32,000 nucleotides of DNA from Anaerocolumna xylanovorans DSM 12503 (GCF_900143645.1 NZ_FRFD01000016.1:90722-122721), one strand, 5' to 3'. Counted from the stretch's first letter, positions 9,850 through 18,798 are shown. Notes: a model not told the origin generated them from the sequence alone. Program-made: numbers and translations.

Positions 9850-10058
9850 GGAAACACCTCACGCTATCTTTATTTTGTCTGAAATGAACGGCCTCCGGCA
9901 TCTGGTTACAGGTGCATAAGCCTCGTAGATATTGTATCAAAGTTTACATAAAAAATAAAGCTAAATAATGGAAATTCTTCTATTTACAAATATATTCAGG
10001 AGTGCTACAATTAACTTAGTTTGCTGTAGTTCTTTTCCTCTGCCTAACGGAGGGAAAT

Positions 10059-11060
10059 ATGCCACGTACTATAAAAATCTTATTATCCATTCTTTTATGC
10101 ATAGCTCTTATATTTCTGCCGGGTAAACAGTTTCATGCTGACACCTTCGGCTCCATACCCTTTGTAATACTATCAGACTATAGTGAAATCCTTAATATCG
10201 GCGATGAATTCCAATTATATGCCGTCACCTCTAACGGGAACTTCCCAACCTTTAAAAGCAGTAATTCCAAGGTCGCTTCCGTGAATACTTATGGAAGCAT
10301 AACAGCTAAGAGTACCGGAACTGCCCTCATAACAGCCAAAATAAATAAAGCAGAAGCTTCCTGTAAGATTACCGTACAGAAAACATCCGTGGATATACGT
10401 TCCTCAAAAACTTCTATTGAAGCCGGCGAAACACTATCCCTTTCTGCCAAAACCTCAAATGGCTCCCCGGTTGTCTGGAAGAGTACATTAAAAAGCATTG
10501 CCGCAATCGATGAAAACGGCCTGGTCACCGGTATAAAACCCGGTAAAGCCGTCATCACTGCCACTGCAGACAAAAGTACCGCTTCCATAACCATCACTGT
10601 AAAGTCCCCTGTTATCACACTTAACCGGACAACCCTTTCGCTTTACCGCGGCCAGACCTTTTCCTTGTCTGCAGCGGTTTCTTCCAAACTAATGCCAAGT
10701 TGGAAGACAAACAAAAAAAGTGTTGCCACCGTAGAGGAAAATGGCCTGGTTACTGCCAGAAAGCATGGTACTGCGGTTATTAGCGCTACTGTAAGCGGTG
10801 TAACAAAAACCTGTACCGTTACTGTAAAACAGCCGGAAATCACTTTTGATTCCTACGATATTACTATCAAAAAGGGGGAAAAGAAAAAGATTACTGCAAC
10901 GGTATCCTCCGGGAATGTTCCCATCTGGTCCTCCAGTAATCTTAATATTGCTTCCGTTGATAGTTCCGGTACTGTCATAGGTGTTGAAAAGGGGAAAGCC
11001 TACATCTATGCGGCAGAAGATGGAATTAAAATACGCTGCACTGTAAAAGTAACCCAATAA
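10059..11060 (+). CDS. Secreted protein with tandem bacterial Ig-like (Big_2) domains
   Basis: There is a signal peptide, then at least 4 repeats with the Big_2 pattern (S-SN-xVA-Vd-nGlVTa-k-GtAvItA). A GGAGGG SD is present. Confidence 0.8.
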   Translation: MPRTIKILLSILLCIALIFLPGKQFHADTFGSIPFVILSDYSEILNIGDEFQLYAVTSNGNFPTFKSSNSKVASVNTYGSITAKSTGTALITAKINKAEASCKITVQKTSVDIRSSKTSIEAGETLSLSAKTSNGSPVVWKSTLKSIAAIDENGLVTGIKPGKAVITATADKSTASITITVKSPVITLNRTTLSLYRGQTFSLSAAVSSKLMPSWKTNKKSVATVEENGLVTARKHGTAVISATVSGVTKTCTVTVKQPEITFDSYDITIKKGEKKKITATVSSGNVPIWSSSNLNIASVDSSGTVIGVEKGKAYIYAAEDGIKIRCTVKVTQ

Positions 11061-11136
11061 TAAAACTTAAATACAGGAAGAGGAAGGATTACAGCAAACA
11101 AAAACAGGCCGGCAATTACTTAAAAACTGCTGCCTG

Positions 11137-11622
11137 CTAATCCTTCAGGTGCAAAGAATCCATCTGTTCCAACAGCTCCACGAACTTGTCACTGCTTCCG
11201 CCTGCATCAGGATGATATTCCTTAGCAAGCTCACGAAAACGCTTCTTGATTGTCCTGGCATCAGCATCAAAGGATAAGCCCATCTTTGCAAGGACATCCG
11301 GGTTGTAAAGGCTGCCGTCAAGTATACCTGTTTCCTGGAATATTTTATAATAAACTGCATAATAATACTGGCCTATCACTTGTTTTAAATTCTCTCTGTC
11401 CATCGCCAGTAAGTCTTTCATATTATACCTTGCCTTCCGGCATTTGTCCTGAAGACCGAAGAATTCATCCCAAACCAGTGCTTTGGGTAAACTCTTATGT
11501 ATTTCCCATCCTTTATAGTCCCTGTTTCCTTCATATTGATGGAATCTAAGCTTTAATTCCATCTTTTTAAGATTCCGTATCTTACGTTTTATATCCCCTT
11601 CGCTACAATAACAATCAGACAC
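11137..11622 (-). CDS. J-domain protein (C-terminal DnaJ J-domain with HPD motif, unknown N-terminal region)
   Basis: The C-terminus reads IKKRFRELAKEYHPDAGGSSDKFVELLEQ, which covers J-domain helix II, HPD and helix III. The GTG start has only a weak SD, so the start is uncertain. Confidence 0.7.
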   Translation of the reverse strand: MSDCYCSEGDIKRKIRNLKKMELKLRFHQYEGNRDYKGWEIHKSLPKALVWDEFFGLQDKCRKARYNMKDLLAMDRENLKQVIGQYYYAVYYKIFQETGILDGSLYNPDVLAKMGLSFDADARTIKKRFRELAKEYHPDAGGSSDKFVELLEQMDSLHLKD

Positions 11623-11820
11623 TTTTTATCCTTCTTTCCAAAGATTATAAGTGCTACATAAATGCACCTTATCAGGTTTACCTTTTATATTAGGAAATAT
11701 TATAGCATAAAAATTATTATTTTCATAGAACTGTTAATCTGATCTGCTGACAAGCGGGAAGCCAAGTCCTTTGCTCTTTTAATAATCCCCGCTTTCCCGT
11801 CTTGCCATTCACAAATATGA

Positions 11821-12777
11821 CTACTTCCTAAAGAACTGCATTACCTTATCGCTTAGTTCCGGTAAAAACTCATGCCCATAATCAGGATAAACAATATGTT
11901 CTTTCTCCGAGTTGATTTTATTATAAACAGCAAACTGGGTGGACGGAGGGCAGATAGTATCCATTAATCCAGTTGCAAATAATACCTTTCCTCTGATTCT
12001 TTCTGCCAGGTTCTGTATATCAATATATCCAAGCTTTGTAAATATCTCCTCTTCTCTTTGATGAGTAGGATCAAACAGCCTGAAATACTGCCTTAATTCC
12101 GCATAAGCATCCTTTGCCAAATCCATATCCCATACCCTCTTATAATCACTTAAAAAAGGATAAGTCGGAGCAAGTTTACTGATTCTTGGTTCCAAGGATG
12201 CGCAGGCAAGGGTAAGCGCCCCGCCCTGGGAGCCGCCCATAGCATATACATTGTCTGTGTCAATGTCCGGCATATTAAGGGCAATATCCGCTAATTCTGC
12301 CGTATCCAGAAAGATATGCCTGAAAAGTAAATTATCCGCTTCATCATCAAGGCCCCTGATAATATGTCCATCCAGGGTATTCCCCTTAACACCGCCTGCA
12401 TCCTCTGATTGTCCGCCCTGACCACGGCAGTCCATTGCAAAGACGGAGTATCCAAGTGCTGCATATGCAAGCTTGTCACTCCAATCACCGGCATTGGAGC
12501 TGTAACCATGAAAAATCAGTACGGCCGGATGCTTACCGGAAGCATTCTTAGGGCGCAGGTGCTTTACATGAATTCTTGCACCTCTGACACCGGTAAAGTA
12601 CATATCAAAGCATTCCGCATAAGGTACCTGAAAGTTAGATATCAGCAGTTCTACATTAGGGTCAACTGATTTCATTTCTGCAATAGCCCGCTCCCAGTAC
12701 TGTGTAAAATCTTTTGGACGGGGATTTATCCCCTGATATTTTCTTAATTCTTCTAATGGCATGTCTATCATCGGCAT
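11821..12777 (-). CDS. Acetyl xylan esterase / cephalosporin-C deacetylase (carbohydrate esterase family 7)
   Basis: The N-terminus MPMIDMPLEELRKYQG, the CE7 RGQGG motif (CRGQGGQSED), the nucleophile motif GGSQGG and a C-terminal HE are all present. I moved the start to ATG 12777, downstream of a GTGAGG SD. Confidence 0.88.
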   Translation of the reverse strand: MPMIDMPLEELRKYQGINPRPKDFTQYWERAIAEMKSVDPNVELLISNFQVPYAECFDMYFTGVRGARIHVKHLRPKNASGKHPAVLIFHGYSSNAGDWSDKLAYAALGYSVFAMDCRGQGGQSEDAGGVKGNTLDGHIIRGLDDEADNLLFRHIFLDTAELADIALNMPDIDTDNVYAMGGSQGGALTLACASLEPRISKLAPTYPFLSDYKRVWDMDLAKDAYAELRQYFRLFDPTHQREEEIFTKLGYIDIQNLAERIRGKVLFATGLMDTICPPSTQFAVYNKINSEKEHIVYPDYGHEFLPELSDKVMQFFRK

Positions 12778-12964
12778 GGCATAAAACCTCACTTTCTAAA
12801 ATAAGCTGAATAGTAATTCTTATATAATTCTAATTGAAATCATGAAAAGTTTCAAAGTTTTTTTTAATATTCACAATTTTTCTGAAAAGTTTTCCTTTCA
12901 ATCAATATTTAATATATCCCCTCTTACCGGCATATACTATTACAAACCATTTCGGGATACATCT

Positions 12965-13609
12965 ATGAACATCACTCTTGGTATGAAAGCCCCTGATTTT
13001 ACTTCAATGACAACCTTTGGACAAATTAATCTGTCTGACTATAATGGACACTGGGTTATTCTCTTTTCCCACCCGGGAGATTTTACTCCTGTATGCACAA
13101 CCGAATTTGTTGCCTTTGCACAGGCCAATGACCAGTTTGAAGCATTGAATGCCAAACTAATCGGACTTAGCATAGACAGCAATACTTCCCATCTGGCATG
13201 GGTAAACCAGATATACCAGCTGACAGGAATTCAAATTCCTTTTCCTGTTATTGCAGACCGTATGGCCGATATTGCAAATCTATACGGCATGATATCCCCC
13301 AGCGTCAATAAACAGGAAACGGTACGGAATGTATTTTTCATTGATCCTGCACAGATCGTTCGTGCTATTTTGGTCTACCCATTAACAAACGGCAGAAATA
13401 TTTACGAAATCCTTCGATTGTTAACCGCTATTCAAACGACTGACAAATGTAATGTCATAACTCCCGCAAACTGGGAACCCGGTAATCCTGTTATGGTTCC
13501 TCCGCCCGGTACTTATAACCAGCTACAGGAACGTGCCAATCCCCCCGGAGAACCAGGGCTTAATTGTATGGACTGGTTCTGGTGCTATAAAGAGGATATT
13601 TGCAAATAA
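12965..13609 (+). CDS. Peroxiredoxin, Prx6/1-Cys-like subfamily
   Basis: The peroxidatic motif FSHPGDFTPVCTTE is present, along with a Cys-rich C-terminal tail (CMDWFWC..IC). I call the start at MNITLGMKAPDF. The 41-aa N-terminal extension in the ORF track has no homology. Confidence 0.88.
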   Translation: MNITLGMKAPDFTSMTTFGQINLSDYNGHWVILFSHPGDFTPVCTTEFVAFAQANDQFEALNAKLIGLSIDSNTSHLAWVNQIYQLTGIQIPFPVIADRMADIANLYGMISPSVNKQETVRNVFFIDPAQIVRAILVYPLTNGRNIYEILRLLTAIQTTDKCNVITPANWEPGNPVMVPPPGTYNQLQERANPPGEPGLNCMDWFWCYKEDICK

Positions 13610-13625
13610 GAATTTTTAATTTTAA

Positions 13626-13681
13626 GGGGGATGTTACAGGATGATTGACACCTGACTGCCAATCATTCTGTAACATCCCCC
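13626..13681. terminator. Long hairpin between the convergent peroxiredoxin and GT2-GtrA genes
   Basis: GGGGGATGTTACAG (13626-13639) and CTGTAACATCCCCC (13668-13681) form a 14-bp stem extended by ATGATT/AATCAT. There is no clean U-tract on either side. It overlaps the last codons of the GT2-GtrA ORF. Confidence 0.5.
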
Positions 13682-14809
13682 GATCATTGTTCTCGCAGGA
13701 GAACAGCCTGTTAATAACATCACCGTAATAATGATTACCGCTAAAAAATACTTTCTCCTTTTTACCGTTGTTTTTCTAAAAATAATAAATCTTTGCACTG
13801 TGAAACTTATAATAAATAAAAGCACTTCTGTTATCAGTTTTGCCATTGCCCGGTTTAGATTGAGTAAATTATTCAGGGCATATAAAATACATGTATTTAA
13901 TGCCAGTATTCCGCCGGCAAGCATGGCATAATGAATGATGGATTTCATCCGGTTTTCTTTACACCGGAATACAAAGGTGCTGTTTAGAAAATAATTAAAA
14001 GCAGCACTGACAAAACGGGCAGCGATATTGCCCCAGATTAGGGCTATCCCATCTGCCGCCCCCATCTTGCCAAACATCCATACCAGTGGAAAAAATATCA
14101 AGTAGTCCAGCAAAAAGCTTAAAAAGGAAGCTCCTGAAAAAGCCAGAAGATTGCCATAGATCCGGATGGAATCCCATATCACCCGGAAATGCGAGCATGA
14201 ATTTTTGCTATCATGATAAATTGTGGCAATGGGTACTTCTGATATTTTGAGATCTCTTCTTACACAGTAGAGCAGGACATTCATTTCATATTCAAAGCGT
14301 TCCCCTTTTACATTTAGTAATTGATGTATCATTTTATAAGAAAACGCCCTAAGTCCAGTCTGAGTATCGGATATCCATTTGCCGTTAAATAAACGAAAAA
14401 CATATTTTGTAATGGTATTGCCAATCAGCGAAGGAAAGGGAACCTTCCCGGTGAAACTGCGGACGCCTAAAACCAAGTCAGAACTGCTGTTATGCAGTTC
14501 ATAAAGAATACGAACGGCATCTACCGGCCGGTGCTGTCCATCTGCATCTAATATAACAACATTATCCTCCTCATCAAAATTATCGAATATATATTTTAAT
14601 GCGGTTTTTATTGCTGCTCCTTTTCCCCGATTGACGCCATGTGTCAGAACCACTGCATATTCATCTAATTTATGAAAGATATCAAGTGCGCTTTGGTCAC
14701 TTCCGTCATTGACTACCACTATATGATTTAATTTCTTTTTATACAGTTCCTCTACAAGATGAATTAATTTCATATCCGGATTATAAGCCGGAATTATTAT
14801 AATGTCCAT
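13634..14809 (-). CDS. Family-2 glycosyltransferase fused to a GtrA-like membrane domain
   Basis: The N-terminal GT-A domain has IIIPAYNP ... VVVNDGS ... ILDADGQH. The C-terminal half has 4-5 TM helices typical of GtrA. A GGAG SD is present. Confidence 0.8.
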   Translation of the reverse strand: MDIIIIPAYNPDMKLIHLVEELYKKKLNHIVVVNDGSDQSALDIFHKLDEYAVVLTHGVNRGKGAAIKTALKYIFDNFDEEDNVVILDADGQHRPVDAVRILYELHNSSSDLVLGVRSFTGKVPFPSLIGNTITKYVFRLFNGKWISDTQTGLRAFSYKMIHQLLNVKGERFEYEMNVLLYCVRRDLKISEVPIATIYHDSKNSCSHFRVIWDSIRIYGNLLAFSGASFLSFLLDYLIFFPLVWMFGKMGAADGIALIWGNIAARFVSAAFNYFLNSTFVFRCKENRMKSIIHYAMLAGGILALNTCILYALNNLLNLNRAMAKLITEVLLFIISFTVQRFIIFRKTTVKRRKYFLAVIIITVMLLTGCSPARTMIGGCYRMIGSQVSIIL

Positions 14810-15095
14810 AATTGCTACTCCTTCCAGAGTTATTTCTATTACACTCTAAAGTTCACTATAGAAGTATGGACAATCTTCTGAAACAAATTCATAATAAGAA
14901 GATTCTATGCTTATAAATGTGACGGAAACTCATAAAAGTTTGTACCGGCTTACTCTATCAATGACCAGGTTTGGGTTATAGAGAATTCGTTCACAGTCTT
15001 TTCATAAGGGCCAGCAGGTAATCCTGCCGACCCTCCCCTTTTTACATACCAATTTATTTAAAGATGCAATATTTTTAAATTTATCACCTAATGAA

Positions 15096-15124
15096 TTGAA
15101 TCCCATGAGATTGAAGTATATAAT
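15096..15124 (+). promoter_or_regulatory. Putative sigma-A promoter of the anSME gene
   Basis: TTGAAT (15096-15101), a 17-nt spacer, then TATAAT (15119-15124). Confidence 0.55.
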
Positions 15125-15169
15125 AACAAAGAAAAGATTTACGCGCCCGATGAAGAAATGGAGAGAAAA

Positions 15170-16282
15170 ATGCCACCAATCAGTGTATTAATAAAGCCAT
15201 CCTCCGGCAATTGTAATCTTAGATGCAACTATTGCTTTTACTATGATACCATCTCAAAACGTTCCCAGCCCAACTACGGCTTTATGAGCGAGGCCGTGCT
15301 GGAGCAAGTCCTTCAAAAAGTACTGGCTTATGCAGAGGGCGAATGTACGATAGCTTACCAGGGCGGCGAACCTACCTTGATCGGTCTTGACTTTTTTAAA
15401 AAATCCATTGAATTACAACATAAATATAATATAAATCATGTTAAAATATATAACGCGATTCAGACAAATGGATATTATTCGGATAAGGAATGGGCAAGGT
15501 TCTATGCAGAGAACAATTTTCTTGTAGGCGTGTCCCTGGATGGGGGACCGAAAACACATGACCTTTATAGATTGAATGCCAAAGGCGAAGGAAGCTTTTA
15601 TCGTGTGATGGATACCATTTCACTGTTCAAAAAATACAATGTACAGTTCAATATTCTATCTGTCGTTAACAGTAAAACAGCCTCTCAAATCGAACGTAAT
15701 TATGAGTTCTATAAAAAGCATAATCTAAAATATCTGCAATTCATAGCCTGCCTGGATCCAATTGGGGAGGAGCCAGGTCAAAGGGATTATTCTCTTTTGC
15801 CCGAAGCATACGGAGAATTCTTAATTAAATTGTTTCATTTATGGTATCAGGATTTATTGCAGGATACCCAGCCCTATATCCGTCAATTTGAAAATTATAT
15901 TTCAATTTTATTAGGTTATGCTCCGGAATCCTGCGACATGAAAGGAATCTGCGGCAAACAATATGTCGTTGAGGCGGACGGTTCCGTATATCCCTGTGAT
16001 TTTTATGTAATGGATGAATACCTGCTCGGTAACTTTTGTAACAGCACTGTGGAGCAGATTGACGACTCCAGAAGCAGGATTGGGTTCATAGAAAAGTCAC
16101 TGCACCATGATGCAGCATGCGATGAATGCAAGTTCTATGCCATCTGCCGCGGCGGCTGTACAAGAAACCGGCAGTTAGCAGAACCATATCATCAACACTT
16201 TTGTAAATCTTATCAGATGTTTTTTGAAGCGTGCCTGCCGCAAATGCTTGAAATAGCAGATATCCTATATAATAGGATATAG
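15170..16282 (+). CDS. Anaerobic sulfatase-maturating enzyme (radical SAM / SPASM)
   Basis: As far as I recall, MPPISVLIKPSSGNCNLRCNYCFY ... QGGEPTL ... SLDG ... DGSVYPCDFYV ... CDECKFYAICRGGC is collinear with Clostridium perfringens anSME. I call the start at ATG 15170, 5 nt after GGAGA. Confidence 0.88.
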   Translation: MPPISVLIKPSSGNCNLRCNYCFYYDTISKRSQPNYGFMSEAVLEQVLQKVLAYAEGECTIAYQGGEPTLIGLDFFKKSIELQHKYNINHVKIYNAIQTNGYYSDKEWARFYAENNFLVGVSLDGGPKTHDLYRLNAKGEGSFYRVMDTISLFKKYNVQFNILSVVNSKTASQIERNYEFYKKHNLKYLQFIACLDPIGEEPGQRDYSLLPEAYGEFLIKLFHLWYQDLLQDTQPYIRQFENYISILLGYAPESCDMKGICGKQYVVEADGSVYPCDFYVMDEYLLGNFCNSTVEQIDDSRSRIGFIEKSLHHDAACDECKFYAICRGGCTRNRQLAEPYHQHFCKSYQMFFEACLPQMLEIADILYNRI

Positions 16283-16357
16283 ATTAATCCATTAATTATA
16301 GTTTAATAATATCGAACTGCGCGTTTATAAAAATTATTTTCTGTAGCAGTTAAAAGT

Positions 16358-17005
16358 CTACTTAACCTCTACTCCCAAAAGGCGCGCTAAAACTGCCGCT
16401 TGATAGATATCCACAATTGCTCCTACAAGTTCTTTATTACTATCGGAAAGTATAATTCCTTCTATCCTGCTTTCTCTAAAATCGATATTTTTTAAAGGAG
16501 TTTTAAAAAAATCACAATTATTTAATGTGACATCATGAAATTCCAAATCTTTTAAAATGCATTCCGCCAGACAGGCATTGCTATAGTCTGATGAAGATAG
16601 AATGGTTTTCTGTATTTTAGAATGTTCAAAATTAGAGTAAGTAAAGTTAGAATCCGAAAAAAGCACATGCTTTATCGTTGAATTTTGGAACCTAGTTCCT
16701 ACCCCTTTACACAAGGTGAATTCCACTTGGTTAAAATAGCAGTTCTCAAAGGTACAGTTGGAAATATCACAATTCTTAAAATATATATTCGTAAATCCTG
16801 ACTTATTAAAGTTGCAATTTAATAACCTGCAATTATTAAATTCAACATTATTATAATCTATTCCTGACAAGTCTTCACCGGTAAGATAATCTGATGAAAA
16901 CAACAATCTTTCTGCTGCCTGCTCCTGCGCCTGTAATTCTATAATCTGATTTAGCATCGGACCCACTTCTCTTAACTCTGTTACCTGTGGTGCATTAATC
17001 TTCAT
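16358..17005 (-). CDS. Pentapeptide-repeat protein, Qnr/MfpA-like
   Basis: The 215-aa ORF is dominated by A(D/N)LxX-type pentapeptide repeats. The C-terminal IYQAAVLARLLGVEV resembles the dimerisation tail of Qnr proteins (NYQASLLMERLGIAVIG in QnrB, from memory). Confidence 0.8.
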   Translation of the reverse strand: MKINAPQVTELREVGPMLNQIIELQAQEQAAERLLFSSDYLTGEDLSGIDYNNVEFNNCRLLNCNFNKSGFTNIYFKNCDISNCTFENCYFNQVEFTLCKGVGTRFQNSTIKHVLFSDSNFTYSNFEHSKIQKTILSSSDYSNACLAECILKDLEFHDVTLNNCDFFKTPLKNIDFRESRIEGIILSDSNKELVGAIVDIYQAAVLARLLGVEVK

Positions 17006-17229
17006 TTATACCATCCTCATATGCTTTTTATGTGATTTATCAAAAATATTGTAACCATTTGAATTTTAATTTACAAGACGAACTTAGAAATTAATGCAAG
17101 TATTTTCAGCTTGGCAGGTTTTCATGGATTACTCAATAACTCATCCAAATACATTCAGTCCTTGGCAGACTGCCTCCGGGTATCTTAAAAGTGTTCTTAT
17201 CTGTCACCTTACTTCTTCATTTTGGGTAT

Positions 17230-17256
17230 AAAAAACTACCAACTGATAGTTGGTAG
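17230..17256 (-). terminator. Terminator of the GNAT gene
   Basis: On the minus strand, CTACCAACT-atc-AGTTGGTAG forms a perfect 9-bp stem followed by TTTTTT. Confidence 0.7.
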
Positions 17257-17276
17257 CCGTATTTATAAACTGCGGT

Positions 17277-17747
17277 TTATTTTTCATATATCGGATCATG
17301 ATTGATGGTGCTCACTTCATCGGTTTTCTTGTATCCAAGTGAATCCCAAAATGTTTCGTTGCTATCCGAAGTAAGGTATATATTCCTGACACCATTTGAA
17401 TAAAGATTCTTTTCAGCATGTGAAATTAACCTTGCACCTAATCCAGATTTTCTAAAAACAGGGTCAATATAAATTTCTCTGATAAACCCCCATCCTTCTC
17501 GTTCACACCAGTTACTTTGTGGAGTGTCAATCTGAAAGAAAATAAATCCAACCGGTTCCTCATTAAGAAATAACAAATCCAGTGTACTTGTTCCCGATAT
17601 TGAAAACTCCCCAATTTCGGTACATGCCTTACATATCTCTTTTTCCGTTATCTCAATTTTAAAATCATTTCTAAAGTATTTCGTAAACATTTTTATAAAA
17701 TATTGCATATACCCATTATTAAATGAACGAATTTCGATATTTTCCAA
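17277..17747 (-). CDS. GNAT-family N-acetyltransferase
   Basis: The 156-aa ORF has the acetyl-CoA binding motif A region IDPVFRKSGLGARLISHAE (R/Q-x-x-G-x-G/A). The start is TTG. Confidence 0.8.
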   Translation of the reverse strand: MENIEIRSFNNGYMQYFIKMFTKYFRNDFKIEITEKEICKACTEIGEFSISGTSTLDLLFLNEEPVGFIFFQIDTPQSNWCEREGWGFIREIYIDPVFRKSGLGARLISHAEKNLYSNGVRNIYLTSDSNETFWDSLGYKKTDEVSTINHDPIYEK

Positions 17748-17972
17748 ATTCAGCTTTTACCTCCCAAAGTACTTCTTTCTGTGATGTATATTACACCATT
17801 TTCTATCAACTATCAATATTCAGCTTTGATTTATTCAAATCTTAATTAAACCTAACAGTAATCTATTCTCATTTTTGCTAACTTTAAAATGTTATTTTCA
17901 TTATTTCCCACTTGATTACTTGTATTTTTTTCCAATTGTTTTATAATGAAACTACAAAAGGGAGGAAAAAAT

Positions 17973-18449
17973 ATGAAAAAACTCAAGAAAATATTATCTC
18001 AATTAATGCTAATTGTATGTTTAAGTACTTTTATAACACCTAATGTTGCAGTAATTACTAACTTGCCCGTTGTCGCAACAGCGCAAGCTGCTTATAACAA
18101 AGAAACAATTAACGATGTACAAGAAGCTTTAAACAACGAAGGATATAATTGCGGTACTCCAGATGGTGTTGTTGGTAAAAATACCAAAACTGCAATTAAA
18201 AAATACCAAAAAGATAACAAGCTTAAAATTACAGGAACTATTAATAACACTCTTTTGAAATCATTAGGTGTTACTGTTACCAAAAGCGCATCTTCCAGTA
18301 CCGCCAAAACTGAAGCAACCGTTTATATAACAAGAACTGGTTCTAAATACCATAGGGCCGGATGCCGCTATTTAAGGCAATCCCAAATTGCTATCTCTTT
18401 ATCAGATGCTAAGAGAAATTATGAACCATGCTCTGTTTGTAATCCATAG
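17973..18449 (+). CDS. Secreted protein with a peptidoglycan-binding (PG_binding_1) domain and a C-terminal Cys/His metal-binding motif
   Basis: There is a signal peptide and a PG-binding repeat (VQEALNNEGYNCGTPDGVVGKNTKTAIKKYQKDNKLKITG). The C-terminus is GSKYHRAGCRYL..(22)..CSVC. I call the start at ATG 17973 after a GGGAGGA SD. Confidence 0.75.
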   Translation: MKKLKKILSQLMLIVCLSTFITPNVAVITNLPVVATAQAAYNKETINDVQEALNNEGYNCGTPDGVVGKNTKTAIKKYQKDNKLKITGTINNTLLKSLGVTVTKSASSSTAKTEATVYITRTGSKYHRAGCRYLRQSQIAISLSDAKRNYEPCSVCNP

Positions 18450-18509
18450 ATTCCATGTTCTTCCTGAAGAATCTTCTTTGGAATAATCTCTTTGTAGAAA
18501 TAGATTAAC

Positions 18510-18579
18510 CCCGGAGGTAACTTGAACTGTACCCCGTCTACTCTAAGGGGAGCATATCCATAACCCTCCGGGATTTTTC
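18510..18579. terminator. Compound hairpin between the convergent PG-binding gene and the Cys-rich operon
   Basis: The outer stem is CCCGGAGG (18510-18517) with CCTCCGGG (18565-18572), and the inner stem is CCCC/GGGG. TTTTT follows on the plus strand. Confidence 0.5.
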
Positions 18580-18621
18580 TGTTATAGAAATTAAGTATGT
18601 TTATACTATTCGTTTCAAATT

Positions 18622-18798
18622 CTAAACATCGTACTCAAATCCATGCCCATCACATGATGGGCATGTCCTATTTCCTGTCCCATTACAAACATTACATACA
18701 TCATAGCCATAATCTTTGCTCTCACCACAAAATTCACAAGTTACCTGACCGCTACCTCCGCAGTAAGTACAAGTATGATGTGGAAAATCCTCTGCCAT
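18622..18798 (-). CDS. Small standalone DnaJ-type CR zinc-finger protein (58 aa)
   Basis: The sequence MAEDFPHHTCTYCGGSGQVTCEFCGESKDYGYDVCNVCNGTGNRTCPSCDGHGFEYDV has four CxxC(x)G(x)G-type repeats. A GGGAGGA SD lies 7 nt upstream. The longer 122-aa ORF in the track is an upstream out-of-gene extension. Confidence 0.7.
   Translation of the reverse strand: MAEDFPHHTCTYCGGSGQVTCEFCGESKDYGYDVCNVCNGTGNRTCPSCDGHGFEYDV

Noticed and set aside
9885-9905. GCCTCCGGC upstream of the Big_2 gene, reminiscent of the c-di-GMP-I (GEMM) riboswitch core.
   Set aside because: The flanking conserved elements (GGCAAA, CGAAAG, ACGCAAAGCC context and pairing partners) are absent.
12842-12964. A 41-codon N-terminal extension of the peroxiredoxin ORF.
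   Set aside because: Peroxiredoxins of this class start close to the MxxxLGxxAPDF segment. The extension is AT-rich promoter-like sequence.
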